Below, one piece after another: positions 1 through 9,675 of a stretch of DNA of 64,000 nucleotides. Position numbers and translations under genes: made by a program. How positions within the stretch are numbered: the stretch's first letter is position 1; every line of letters begins with the position of its first letter. The stretch comes from Bacteroidales bacterium (GTDB lineage: Bacteria; Bacteroidota; Bacteroidia; Bacteroidales; UBA932): the NCBI GenBank assembly GCA_017412645.1, contig JAFPWX010000023.1, positions 3,770 through 67,769 of the forward strand. Direction: 5' to 3'. Under the pieces are notes generated by a model that was not told where the DNA came from, did no database searches, and saw only the letters and a list, made by a program, of their open reading frames with translations.

Positions 1-615
1 TCCGTCGCGAATCATTATGTTGCGCGCCTGGAAATCGCGGTACATAAAGGTTTGGCCGAAGGGTTTGAGCGAATCCTGAATCAACAGGTCCAGGTCGTCC
101 TGAAGGGCGATTTCGTCAAAGTCCACGCCGCTCTCTTTAAGGTAGCAGTACTTGAAGTAGTTCAGGTCGAAACTCACCATACGGAAGTTGAACTCCCGAT
201 CCGGGAAGCACACATCCCAGCCGTCGGCCATTTTTGCTCCGGTTCCGAACTGAAGAGCCGGAAGGGCGGCAATTGTGGCCCGCAGCCAACCGAGTTCTTC
301 GGCGGAAAAAACACCCTTCTGGATGGAGGGAACCAGCAACGCAAAGAGCTGGCCGTCGCCAAGGTCTTCCTGGATATAGGCCATGCCGTCCGGACTCACG
401 CCGTAGACTTCCGGGGCGGCCACACCGCCATCTCTCATGGCAGCGTCGATGGTGAGGAACGCCTTGTTTTCCTTAAGGTTGGTTCCTATGCACCCGATGA
501 CCCCGGCGGGAGCCATACGGTAATACTTGCGGGCGCTTCCGCTCAGAGGAAGCAGTTCCACGGAGGAAGGTTCTGCGCCGAAGCGGGCGCGGTATAGTTG
601 GAGCAGTCTTTGCAT
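1..615 (-). CDS. Phosphotransferase, APH/AmgK-like family (5' part; runs off the window start)
   Basis: Own translation of the minus strand from ATG at 615: MQRLLQLYRARFG...LSGSARKYYRM...YIQEDLGD...FDLNYFKYCYLK...FMYRDFQARNIMIRDG. Has the kinase-like RDFQARN motif and an upstream TATCTTTG box. Absent from the ORF track because it has no stop in the window. Confidence 0.8.
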   Translation of the reverse strand, partial: MQRLLQLYRARFGAEPSSVELLPLSGSARKYYRMAPAGVIGCIGTNLKENKAFLTIDAAMRDGGVAAPEVYGVSPDGMAYIQEDLGDGQLFALLVPSIQKGVFSAEELGWLRATIAALPALQFGTGAKMADGWDVCFPDREFNFRMVSFDLNYFKYCYLKESGVDFDEIALQDDLDLLIQDSLKPFGQTFMYRDFQARNIMIRDG

Positions 616-644
616 GATACACGGCGCGATTAGGGCGACCGTTA

Positions 645-675
645 CAAAGATAATCAAAATAAATTGGTATTTTTG
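645..675. promoter_or_regulatory. Back-to-back divergent Bacteroidota sigma-A -7 boxes
   Basis: TATCTTTG on minus (645-652) and TATTTTTG on plus (668-675) match TAnnTTTG. Confidence 0.65.
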
Positions 676-681
676 CAGATT

Positions 682-3387
682 GTGAGCACGCTCAAAGACA
701 TATTGATTCCCGCAGCCGTGGCCGGTATGGTCCTGGCCGGGAACCTTGTCGGCGAGGCCCCGGTGCACCGCAGTTTCGACATCGACTTTGAGGCGGCCGA
801 CACCGTGCTCTACCAGGTGGACGCCTACAAACTGAACCGCAAGGGCGACCTTGCCGACATGGCCTTAAGCGACAGCATCCTGGCTTCGCTCGGTATCTTC
901 GACAATTCCCAGGAGGAAGACACCCTCGCCCTCACCGCCCGCGACACTATCCACGCGCCGGATTCTCTCCGGGAAATCGATCCGTTCCGCTACAAGTATT
1001 ACGTCGCGCTTCTCGACTCGCTCACCCACCAACTGGTGCGGGACTCACTTTACCAGCAAATCAAGCACTGGTGGTCCGTTCCCGACACCCTCATGGCCCG
1101 TTCCGATTCAGCCGACCGCTTCAGGCTCGACTCCCTCTACTCCCGTGACTCGGCCGACCGTGCCCGCGCAGCCTTCCTGGCCTGGTACAACAGCCTAAGC
1201 AAGGACGAGCGCAAGAAATACGATTACGAGCAGAAGATGAACCGGAAGATGCACGAGATGGATTCCCTACGGAACGTGAAGGAGGAGAAGCAGGCCGTGC
1301 GCGACAGTATACATGAAAGCACTCCCCGCATACTCGAAAGCTTCGCGATACCCGAGGAGATGCAGTACAAGCGCATCATCACCTGGAACATCGACCCGGA
1401 TTTCCAGAAGGTAGAGGCGGAGGTGCCCGACACCTCTTATAATTATTATTTCTACGACTATGCTTTCCGCCGGGAAGACGTGAACGCCACCTGGCTCGGC
1501 GTGGCCGGTTCGCCGGTTCAGAACTATGATTACTTCAAGCGCGAGAGCCAGGGAGGCATAGATTTCTACACTCCGTACGAATCCTGGAGCTTCTCGCACA
1601 GCACTCTGCGCAACTACAACACCAAAACCCCGTATACCGAACTGGCCTATTGGGGCACGCTGTTGCTGGCGTCTGACGAGACCGAGAGCGACAATATCCA
1701 TATCTTTACCACCCAGAACATCACTCCGGCGCTTAACCTTCAGCTGCTCTACGACCGCTGGGGCGGCGGAGGCATGCTGGACAACGAGGCCACCAAGAAC
1801 AAGACCTTCTCTCTGGCCGGCAACTATCTGGGACGCAAGTACATGGCCCATGCAGGCGTGATCTCCAACACCATCTCCCACGAAGAGAACGGAGGTGTGC
1901 AGGACGGATTCTGGGTAAGGGACACCACAGTGGAAGCCCGTGAAATCAGCGTGGTACTGAACAACGCTTCTAACTCCATCAAGAAACGCACCGCCTTCCT
2001 GGATCAGCAGTACAGGATTCCGCTCTCCTTCATAAAAGATATCTTCACACCGAAGGATACTTCGAAGACGGAGGCATCGGCAGACACTCTGGTGCGCGAT
2101 GTCACCACCGCCTTCATCGGCCACAGCAGTGAATGGAACTGGTACGGAAGGGAGTATATCGACGCCTTCTCCGCCAGCGGCTACGTGGACAACTTATTCC
2201 ACAGCACCTACAACTACAGCCCTACGGCCAGTAAGGATTTCTTCCGGGCCACGCAGTTGGATAACAAGGTCTTCATGAAACTTCAGCCATGGAGCGAAGA
2301 CGCAATAGTTTCGAAACTCAACGTGGGCGTGGGAGACGTTTACAGCACCTGGCTGGACCAGCACGATTCGCTCAAATACAGAAGCGTCCACAAGGAGAAT
2401 TCCATCTATGCCTATGCCGGCATTGAGGGTAATATCCACGAGTATTTCGACTGGAACGCCGGTGGAAGGTTCGTCTTCGCCGGTGAAGATCTGGGAGATT
2501 TCGACCTGGGAGCTGATGCCCATCTGAACCTCTTCCCGTTCAGAAGGGCGCGAAAGAGCCCGCTAACCCTGTCGGCGGGATTCAGCACCTCGCTCGGCAC
2601 CCCCGACCACTACCGCGAACGCATCTACGCCAACCATGCCTCCTGGGATGTAAGTTTCGATAAAACGTCCGAAACCCGAGTACACGCAGGGCTGGACGTG
2701 CCATATTGGAAGCTTTCCGCCGACGTGAACTACGCCCTCATCGGCAATCATACCTATTACGACACCGCAGCCGTATCCAGGCAGCATACGGGAATCATAA
2801 ATGTGCTCAGCGCTTCGCTGCGGAAAGAATTTGTATTCGGAGATTTCCTGCATCTGGATAACAGGGCGCTCATCCAGACATCCTCCAATCAGGAAGTGCT
2901 GCCACTGCCTCTGCTCTCCCTCAACCTCAAGTGGTTTGCACAGTTCGTAGTGCAGCGCAACGAGCGGCAGGAGAACGTAATGACCATGCAGATAGGCCTC
3001 AACGGATGGTATAACAGCCAGTGGTACGCCCCCGCCTGGAACCCGGCCATTAGTGCCTTCCATAACCAGACCTCGGTGCTATATGAGAACGGCCCCATCG
3101 TGGATGTATTCATGAACATCCAGTGGAAGCGTGCATGCATCTTTATAAAGCTCGAAAACGCCAACATGGGCTGGCCGCTTAAGGATTCCGACTACTTCAC
3201 CGCCCATAATTTCATCAATACCCAGCGCACCCTTAAAGTGGGTATATTCTGGCCGTTCTACCTGCAGCCTGGCCGCGGATTCAAGGCAGGAGGCGGCACC
3301 GGCGAAGGCAGTACCGGGCTTCCGGGCGGAGGAGTATCTTCCGGACGCAGCCCTAATTCCCGTGTCAGGACCGCCACCAACCGATGA
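682..3387 (+). CDS. Putative outer-membrane beta-barrel protein (Bacteroidota 'putative porin' type)
   Basis: About 900 aa ORF; GTG at 682 lies just after the promoter box. C-terminal beta-strand pattern ...MNIQWKRACIFIKLEN...TLKVGIFWPFY; N-terminal NTKTPYTELAY motif. Confidence 0.7.
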   Translation: MSTLKDILIPAAVAGMVLAGNLVGEAPVHRSFDIDFEAADTVLYQVDAYKLNRKGDLADMALSDSILASLGIFDNSQEEDTLALTARDTIHAPDSLREIDPFRYKYYVALLDSLTHQLVRDSLYQQIKHWWSVPDTLMARSDSADRFRLDSLYSRDSADRARAAFLAWYNSLSKDERKKYDYEQKMNRKMHEMDSLRNVKEEKQAVRDSIHESTPRILESFAIPEEMQYKRIITWNIDPDFQKVEAEVPDTSYNYYFYDYAFRREDVNATWLGVAGSPVQNYDYFKRESQGGIDFYTPYESWSFSHSTLRNYNTKTPYTELAYWGTLLLASDETESDNIHIFTTQNITPALNLQLLYDRWGGGGMLDNEATKNKTFSLAGNYLGRKYMAHAGVISNTISHEENGGVQDGFWVRDTTVEAREISVVLNNASNSIKKRTAFLDQQYRIPLSFIKDIFTPKDTSKTEASADTLVRDVTTAFIGHSSEWNWYGREYIDAFSASGYVDNLFHSTYNYSPTASKDFFRATQLDNKVFMKLQPWSEDAIVSKLNVGVGDVYSTWLDQHDSLKYRSVHKENSIYAYAGIEGNIHEYFDWNAGGRFVFAGEDLGDFDLGADAHLNLFPFRRARKSPLTLSAGFSTSLGTPDHYRERIYANHASWDVSFDKTSETRVHAGLDVPYWKLSADVNYALIGNHTYYDTAAVSRQHTGIINVLSASLRKEFVFGDFLHLDNRALIQTSSNQEVLPLPLLSLNLKWFAQFVVQRNERQENVMTMQIGLNGWYNSQWYAPAWNPAISAFHNQTSVLYENGPIVDVFMNIQWKRACIFIKLENANMGWPLKDSDYFTAHNFINTQRTLKVGIFWPFYLQPGRGFKAGGGTGEGSTGLPGGGVSSGRSPNSRVRTATNR

Positions 3388-4064
3388 GTTTCGTTCCCGT
3401 TTTCAAACGCGCCTTCGTGGCGTTCTGCGCCCTGCTTGCAGCCGGGGCATTCGCGGCCTTGGCAGTCAGGGACGACTCCCCCGCCGAAGCACGGTACATA
3501 CCGTTCGGAGAGCGCGACCGTCAGGAGCATTACAGGATAAGCCCATACGATTCCCTGATCAAAGTGTGGAGCGATTCCGCAGGGCTCGACTGGAGGCTGG
3601 TATCTGCGGTCGTCTACCATGAATCGCATTTCAAGCACGACGCCGTGTCGCGTCGCGGGGCCACGGGCCTCATGCAGATGATGCCCTCCACCGCCAGGGC
3701 CTTCGGAGCCGACAGCCTGCTGGATCCCACCCAGAGCGTGAAGGCTGGAACGAAGTACCTGCAGAGCCTGCGCTACCGTTACCGCGGAGTTGCCGCCAAT
3801 CCCACCGAACAGGACAAACTGATGCTTGCAGCCTACAATGCCGGAGGCGGACGCATGACCGACCTCATCAACTATGCCCGCTGGCGCGGAGTGGATCCCG
3901 GCTACTGGGACAATATCGTGGGGCTGATTCCGGAATTCCGCAGCGATTCTATCCTTACGGTGGACACAGTGAAGCTGGGCAAATTCCACGGCCACGAGAC
4001 CATAGAATACGTAAAGGCAGTAATGGCACGTTATGGCCACTACTGCCGTATTGCTTCGAGGTAA
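3384..4064 (+). CDS. Lytic transglycosylase, SLT domain (MltF-like catalytic domain)
   Basis: HESHF catalytic Glu, GATGLMQMMP and LAAYNAG motifs. Confidence 0.9.
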   Translation: MSFVPVFKRAFVAFCALLAAGAFAALAVRDDSPAEARYIPFGERDRQEHYRISPYDSLIKVWSDSAGLDWRLVSAVVYHESHFKHDAVSRRGATGLMQMMPSTARAFGADSLLDPTQSVKAGTKYLQSLRYRYRGVAANPTEQDKLMLAAYNAGGGRMTDLINYARWRGVDPGYWDNIVGLIPEFRSDSILTVDTVKLGKFHGHETIEYVKAVMARYGHYCRIASR

Positions 4065-4068
4065 TCCT

Positions 4069-5175
4069 CTATTTTACCCTTACTGTTTCCGCAGGATCCA
4101 CCCTTGAAATAAAGAGGGTGGGAAGCAGGAGTATAAGCATGATCACCGCATAAGCCGCAGCGCACACAGCGATAATCTTCAGCACATTCACATCTACCGG
4201 TACGTAACTCACAAAGTAGTTTTCCGGATTGAGCCGAAGAACATGAGTGGTGCTCTGAACCAGAGCGAAAACGGCTGCGGCTCCCCCTCCCCAGGCCAGG
4301 CCCTTCAGGGTAACCCCCGATGCCACCCGGAGAAATACTTTCGCCAGGCCGCGATTTCCCATTCCGAGAGCCTTGAGGGTTCCTATGGTACCGGTATTGC
4401 GGAAAAGCATGATGAGAAGGCCCGACACCATGTTGAATCCGGCCACAAGAGTCATCAGCAACAGGATAGCCGCCACGTTATAATCCAGGAGGCCTAGCCA
4501 TTCGAACAGGCGGCTATAACGGTCCACCGCGGCATCCGCCCTTAGGGAAGAAGCCGCAGACAACTCCTGAGCCTTGGCCCTCTGTGCGCTGGCATCGTCG
4601 TACCTGGGCAAGAGTCCCACTTCCAAGGCCGAAACCAGAGTGGAATCCCAGCCATTCACGCGCTGAAGGTCTGCCAGAGGCACCTGTACTATGGCCCTGT
4701 CGTCCGGAAGCAGCATGTCACTGGAGACCTCCGAAACACTGAACTTGCGCACCTTCACCTTCTCTCCTATAAAATAGGTGGTCAAGGCATCGCCAGGGCC
4801 GACTCCAAGTTTACGGGAAAGCGACTTGGGTATGCTCACCGTGAGGGACTCCCCTTCCATGGGAAGGCCCTTCACCAACACTCCCTGCAGGCCGGCGTCC
4901 GTTTTCACCACGGCGGTGCGATAGATTGCAGGCGTAACGCTTTCAACCCCCTTCACCGCCATGATGGCAGACAGGAGTGAATCGCTGGTTTCCACCACAT
5001 CGGCCGTGAGCTGCACGTCGCCCATGAGGGAACCGATGCCGCCGCGTATCTCCCTACGGAATCCGTCTACCACAAGGAGGGAGACGATGATGACGAAGAA
5101 GGACACGGCCGTAGCTACGACCGTGATCCTTCCCCTGAAATCGAGACGGGAGGATATTAAGCTCTCGGGGCTCAC
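4069..5175 (-). CDS. ABC transporter permease, FtsX/LolC-E family
   Basis: N-terminal TM, periplasmic domain, VAGFNMVSGLLIM...IGTLKALG motif, YFVSYVP, C-terminal DPAETVR. Confidence 0.85.
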   Translation of the reverse strand: MSPESLISSRLDFRGRITVVATAVSFFVIIVSLLVVDGFRREIRGGIGSLMGDVQLTADVVETSDSLLSAIMAVKGVESVTPAIYRTAVVKTDAGLQGVLVKGLPMEGESLTVSIPKSLSRKLGVGPGDALTTYFIGEKVKVRKFSVSEVSSDMLLPDDRAIVQVPLADLQRVNGWDSTLVSALEVGLLPRYDDASAQRAKAQELSAASSLRADAAVDRYSRLFEWLGLLDYNVAAILLLMTLVAGFNMVSGLLIMLFRNTGTIGTLKALGMGNRGLAKVFLRVASGVTLKGLAWGGGAAAVFALVQSTTHVLRLNPENYFVSYVPVDVNVLKIIAVCAAAYAVIMLILLLPTLFISRVDPAETVRVK

Positions 5176-7184
5176 CAGATGTGCACCCTTTCAGCCTCGG
5201 GCCTCCACATCGGAGCGCCCTCGGTGATGCCGAAAGCGTCGAAGAAAGTCTGGAAGTTGCGAACAGCCACGTTCACGCGGAGTTCGGCGAGCGAGTGCAC
5301 GTCGAGGTTGGTGAGGCGGGCCTTCTCTTCCGGAGTGATGTTTTGGGCCCATACTGTGGCGTAGCCCAGGTAGAAGCGCTGGTCGGGAGTAAAGCCGTCG
5401 ATGTCGCCCACGTTCTTGCCGTCGATAGCGTTGTGAAGGGCGCTGTAGGCGATGCTGAGACCACCATGGTCGGCGATGTTCTCACCGAGGGTATTCTGGC
5501 CGTTGGCGTGAACGCCTGGCAGAATCTCCACCGCGCTGTACTGCTTCACAAGCACTGTTGCCTTTTCGTTGAACTTGGCGGCGTCTTCCGCGGTCCACCA
5601 GTCGTTCATGTTGCCATCCGCATCGAAGAGGCGGCCCTGGTCGTCGAAACCGTGGGTCATCTCATGACCGATCACGACGCCGATCGCACCGTAGTTGATG
5701 GCATCGTCGGCATCGGGATTGAAGAACGGCGGCTGAAGGATGGCGGCCGGGAAGCAGATCTCGTTGGATGTGGGGTTGTAGTAGGCATTCACAGTCTGAG
5801 GAGTCATTCCCCATTCGGTCTTGTCCGTCGGCTTGCCAAGCTTGGCAAGATTGTCCGCCACATACCACTCGCTGGCTGCCTTGAGATTCTCGAAGTAGCT
5901 CTTTTCCGGATCGATGGCGAGGGTGCTGTAGTCTTTCCACTTGTCGGGATATCCTATCTTGACGGTGAAGGACGAAAGTTTCTCCTGTGCGCGAAGCTTG
6001 GTAGAATCGCTCATCCATTCGAGGGCGTCGATGTGCTCTCCGAGAGCCTTCTGGAGGTTCTTTACGAGCGCGAGCATCTTGCGCTTGCTGCTCTCGGGGA
6101 AGTATTTCTTGACGTACATCTTGCCAACCGCTTCGCCGAGGATGCCATTGGGGACCTGCATTGCGCGCTTCCAGCGGGGCTTCTGCTCCTGAATGCCTGC
6201 CATCTGACGGCTGTAGAACTCAAAACTGGCAGTATAGAAGTCATCGCTCAGGGCACCGCAGCCATCGCTGACTATCTGTGCCTCAACGTAGTCCTTCAGG
6301 ACCTGCAGGTCGGTGATTGCGAAGTAGTCGCTGAATCCCTTGAAGAAAGAAGGTTCAGCCACGACGAGCTTCTCCTGGGGCTCGATTCCGCGCTCCTCAA
6401 AGTATACGGCGAACGGGAAGCCGGGATATGCCGCTTCGAGTTCCTCTGTGCTCATCGGATTGTAGAGGGCGATCATGTCGCGCTCCTGTTCACGGGTCCA
6501 GCTGTGGCCTGCGAGCACTTCTTCAACGAACACGGCGTTGTCTGCCTTGGCCTTGGCGTTCTCTACGCCGGCCAGATCCAACACGGTGGTGAGGAACTTG
6601 CGGTATCCTTCCTTGATGGCGACATTGGAAGCCAGCAGGTAGTAATCACGGTCGCCTATTCCGAGGCCGCCCTGACCAAGATAGAGGATCTGGTTGTTGC
6701 TGTCCATGAGGTCCTCCATCACATAGGCACCGAAGAATCCGCCGCCACCGCAATTGTGCATACGGCCAATTGCGCGTGCGAGCTCCTCCTTGTCGGAGAC
6801 TGCGTAAAGCTCAGCGATATACGGCTTGATAGGCTCGGCGCCCTCTTCGTTAAGGCGCAGTGAATCCAGGCCCTGCTTGTAGAGGTCCACGATCTTGCGG
6901 TCCACGCTGCCGGGCTTCGTCTTCATGGTGGTCATGGAGGCGAAGAGGTCGTTCAGACGCACCACGTTATTCTCACGGAGCTGATCGAAGCTGCCAAAAC
7001 GGGAGAACTCAGGAGCAAGCGGGTTGTTAACCTGCCAACCGTGGGTAGCATAGGCATAAAAGTCATCCCCGGGAGCCACGAGGGTATCGAGGTTGGAAAG
7101 GTCCAGAGCGGGCACTTTCTCGCCCTTCGGCTGGCATGCGGCCAGCATCAGGAAGGGAATCATAAGAAGAAATGCTTTTTTCAT
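5172..7184 (-). CDS. pepO: M13 family zinc endopeptidase lipoprotein (PepO-like)
   Basis: Lipobox LAAC, VNAYY, HEMTH zinc motif, GENIADHGG. Confidence 0.92.
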   Translation of the reverse strand: MKKAFLLMIPFLMLAACQPKGEKVPALDLSNLDTLVAPGDDFYAYATHGWQVNNPLAPEFSRFGSFDQLRENNVVRLNDLFASMTTMKTKPGSVDRKIVDLYKQGLDSLRLNEEGAEPIKPYIAELYAVSDKEELARAIGRMHNCGGGGFFGAYVMEDLMDSNNQILYLGQGGLGIGDRDYYLLASNVAIKEGYRKFLTTVLDLAGVENAKAKADNAVFVEEVLAGHSWTREQERDMIALYNPMSTEELEAAYPGFPFAVYFEERGIEPQEKLVVAEPSFFKGFSDYFAITDLQVLKDYVEAQIVSDGCGALSDDFYTASFEFYSRQMAGIQEQKPRWKRAMQVPNGILGEAVGKMYVKKYFPESSKRKMLALVKNLQKALGEHIDALEWMSDSTKLRAQEKLSSFTVKIGYPDKWKDYSTLAIDPEKSYFENLKAASEWYVADNLAKLGKPTDKTEWGMTPQTVNAYYNPTSNEICFPAAILQPPFFNPDADDAINYGAIGVVIGHEMTHGFDDQGRLFDADGNMNDWWTAEDAAKFNEKATVLVKQYSAVEILPGVHANGQNTLGENIADHGGLSIAYSALHNAIDGKNVGDIDGFTPDQRFYLGYATVWAQNITPEEKARLTNLDVHSLAELRVNVAVRNFQTFFDAFGITEGAPMWRPEAERVHIW

Positions 7185-7999
7185 TTTTTATTGTTATTTG
7201 TGATGAATTTCATGTTTTGGGAAGCGGCATAGTCATTGGGATCCAGCTTGAGGGCCTTCCTGTAGAACTTTGCCGCCATTTTGTTGTCTTTTTTAGCCAC
7301 TTGCCAATAGGCCCCCACATTGTCGATGAATCCGGTATCCTTCGGTTCTGCCCTCATCATACGGCGGGAAACATTGTAGAAGGATTCGTATCCCACAGGA
7401 GTGGCGAGCTTCCAGAATGAATAGCAGTACTCCTTAACCGCATCCGTGAAATCCTGCTGCGTGAAGGGTTCTCCGTAGAGATTCCAACGCGGGTGTTCGG
7501 AATAGTTCCGGTCGATGAGATTGAGCAACGCGGTGGCTGCCATGTCAGGGCTGTCCCCTTCGTAGTCCAAAAGCGAAGTAATTTCGTCGAACAGATAACC
7601 TATGTTGTTCGGGGCCAGCGTGATAGCTTTGTCCAGAGCTTTCTGCGCCGAGGCGAAATACTCCTCGTCGTATACCGGGACCTCAAAATAGTTGACCCGC
7701 CTGCCTGTGCTGTCCTTTAAAGTAAGCAGAGGATCGCGGCCCAGATATTTCTTTTCGGGTCTGGTTACCGCCACGGTACTGCGCCCTTTTGCCAGATTAT
7801 ATGTGAAGACTGCCTCCAGCATCAGAGTGTCGTTCGGGAATGCGTCGTTCCAGCTTTCAAGTATGCTCTTGACCCCCAGACCGGTAATCCCAACGGCGGC
7901 CTTCTGCCTTTCATACGCAGCCCTGAACCCTTCTGGAGTGGTCTGCGCGGCGGCAGTAGTAGCGACAAGAAGCAGTATTGAGGCTAGAACCTTTCTCAT
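7181..7999 (-). CDS. Exported TPR-containing hypothetical protein
   Basis: Signal peptide; C-terminal TPR-like KFYRKALKLDPNDYAASQN; 4-nt overlaps with both neighbours. Confidence 0.7.
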   Translation of the reverse strand: MRKVLASILLLVATTAAAQTTPEGFRAAYERQKAAVGITGLGVKSILESWNDAFPNDTLMLEAVFTYNLAKGRSTVAVTRPEKKYLGRDPLLTLKDSTGRRVNYFEVPVYDEEYFASAQKALDKAITLAPNNIGYLFDEITSLLDYEGDSPDMAATALLNLIDRNYSEHPRWNLYGEPFTQQDFTDAVKEYCYSFWKLATPVGYESFYNVSRRMMRAEPKDTGFIDNVGAYWQVAKKDNKMAAKFYRKALKLDPNDYAASQNMKFITNNNKK

Positions 8000-9183
8000 A
8001 CGTCCATAAGTATCCTTCTCCCCTTTGGGAGGAGATTGTTACAACGGCTCCCCAGGTTTTTGGCGAGCCCAAGAGGATGTCCGTGATATGCTACAATAAT
8101 CAGGCCTTGTGGAGTGCCTTCGGGCAGACGGAGAGCGTCGCGGTGGAGATAACGCAGAGCATCCTGAAGCGACAGCTCCACAACGGGATATTCGGGGCGA
8201 TATCCTATTGCGAGGACGCGGTCGAATTCTTCAATCTTCATTACGCCAGGCACTACAGAAAAAGCTGCACTCTTCAAGCCGGGAGCAGAGGTGCCGTTTG
8301 CGGAAGTTTTTTGCGTCAGGCCCCGTGCGGCCGCGGTAGCGGAGCAAACGGTAGCCTCTGGCCCGGCGTTCTGGTGCGCCGTTTTTCTCAGGGCCCCGAC
8401 CCACTGGCCTTCGCCTGGGACTTCACCCGCCTTGAGGAGATTGCCGTGGGCGGTCAGACGAACTCCGTACTGCGGGAATTCGTCTTCCGGGGCGAAGATT
8501 TCGCCTCCCAGGGTTTCAGCAGCCCATGCCAGATTGCCGTCGTTCTCCGCCTCTTCGTAGGTGCAGGTGGAGTAGACCAGGATGCCGCCTTCGCGAAGAG
8601 CTGGCCAGACATCGGCGAGGATCCTCCGCTGACGGGCCGCGCACATCTCCACCAGCTCCGGACTCCAGTCCGCCACGGCCTTGGGGTCTTTTCGGAACAT
8701 GCCTTCGCCGCTGCACGGAACGTCGGCCACGATTATGTCGAAGCAACTCGGCATCCGCTGCCCGAAAACGGCGGGGTCGGCGCTGGTAACCTGCACGTTC
8801 GGGTCACCCCATCGGGCAACGTTATCGCGAAGCACTCCGGCGCGGGCTTTCATCACCTCATTCGAAATCAGCTGGAACTTATCTCCGAGGGCTTCCCTGA
8901 GGCTCGCCGCCAGGTCGGTCGTCTTGCCTCCCGGGGCGGCGCAAAGGTCGAGCACCCTTACACCCGGGCCGAACTCACTTAAATGCTTGCGGAAGATGTG
9001 CCCCGGGTACATGGCGGAGCTGTCCTGGACATAGTAGCAGCCGGCGTGAAGAAGAGGGTCGAGGGTGAAGTTCGGACGCTCCTGCAGGATACGGCCGTAA
9101 GGGCTCCACGGAACGGGAGCGCCATCCGGGCCTTCACAGCCCTTGAAGGGATTCAGCCGTATTGCAGTACTTGGCGCTTCCAT
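7996..9183 (-). CDS. RsmB/RsmF/NOP2-family rRNA cytosine-C5 methyltransferase
   Basis: YYVQDSSAM, VLDLCAAPGGKT, DVPCSGEGMFRK, YSTCT motifs; C-terminal PUA-like region; contains a 30-aa low-complexity segment encoded by a palindrome. Confidence 0.9.
   Translation of the reverse strand: MEAPSTAIRLNPFKGCEGPDGAPVPWSPYGRILQERPNFTLDPLLHAGCYYVQDSSAMYPGHIFRKHLSEFGPGVRVLDLCAAPGGKTTDLAASLREALGDKFQLISNEVMKARAGVLRDNVARWGDPNVQVTSADPAVFGQRMPSCFDIIVADVPCSGEGMFRKDPKAVADWSPELVEMCAARQRRILADVWPALREGGILVYSTCTYEEAENDGNLAWAAETLGGEIFAPEDEFPQYGVRLTAHGNLLKAGEVPGEGQWVGALRKTAHQNAGPEATVCSATAAARGLTQKTSANGTSAPGLKSAAFSVVPGVMKIEEFDRVLAIGYRPEYPVVELSLQDALRYLHRDALRLPEGTPQGLIIVAYHGHPLGLAKNLGSRCNNLLPKGRRILMDV
8278..8367 (-). 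repeat. 90-bp intragenic imperfect palindrome, exactly 30 codons, in the RsmF-like gene
   Basis: Coding-strand arms GCCGGGCCAGAGGCTACCGTTTGC ... GCAAACGGCACCTCTGCTCCCGGC. Confidence 0.6.
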
Positions 9184-9635
9184 TAACTGAAGTTGTACTT
9201 GTCCTTTATGTCCTGCGGAAGGTCTTCCGGAATCTTGCCGTTGGAAACGTCTACCAGACCGTCAACTACGCGGTCGAGCGCCTCCTGGAGCTTGTTCCCA
9301 AGCATCATCTTCAGCATGAAATTGAGATCGGCGTCCACCTCTATGTAGAATTCGGTGGAGTTGGGACCGGCATAGTCGAAGTGCAGGCCGACGGTGAATT
9401 CGAAGGGAGCGTTCTCGCTGCGGAGTTCGATATAGGAATAGGGCTCGCGGCGCACGATGCGCGCGCTGATGCTTACGCCCTGAGCCTTGACGGAAATGGA
9501 ATCGTAGTCGGCCGTGACTTCTCCGAGCTTTTCGGCCGGAACCATACGGGTGAGGTTCCGTGGATCGGTGAAGACCATGAAAAGCTCCGCCTGAGGGCGG
9601 TTCACGGTGCCGTGCTTACTGGAATAATGCGTCAT
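9183..9635 (-). CDS. SRPBCC/CoxG-like ligand-binding protein
   Basis: 150 aa from ATG 9635; FMVFTDPRNL pattern and a C-terminal helix typical of SRPBCC folds. Confidence 0.7.
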   Translation of the reverse strand: MTHYSSKHGTVNRPQAELFMVFTDPRNLTRMVPAEKLGEVTADYDSISVKAQGVSISARIVRREPYSYIELRSENAPFEFTVGLHFDYAGPNSTEFYIEVDADLNFMLKMMLGNKLQEALDRVVDGLVDVSNGKIPEDLPQDIKDKYNFS

Positions 9636-9650
9636 CTCGAGAGTTTTTTC

Positions 9651-9666
9651 TAACTTTGCAAAGATA
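9651..9666. promoter_or_regulatory. Face-to-face overlapping -7 boxes (TAACTTTG plus, TATCTTTG minus)
   Basis: TAACTTTGCAAAGATA between the divergent SRPBCC and NUDIX genes. Confidence 0.65.
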
Positions 9667-9675
9667 GGAATAATT

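Noticed and set aside
52-597. 181-aa plus-strand ORF
   Set aside because: Antisense shadow of the real minus-strand phosphotransferase (1-615), which has recognisable motifs and a promoter.
5181-6863. 560-aa ORF antisense to pepO
   Set aside because: Mirror-frame ORF expected in GC-rich genes with few TTA/CTA/TCA codons; no motifs.
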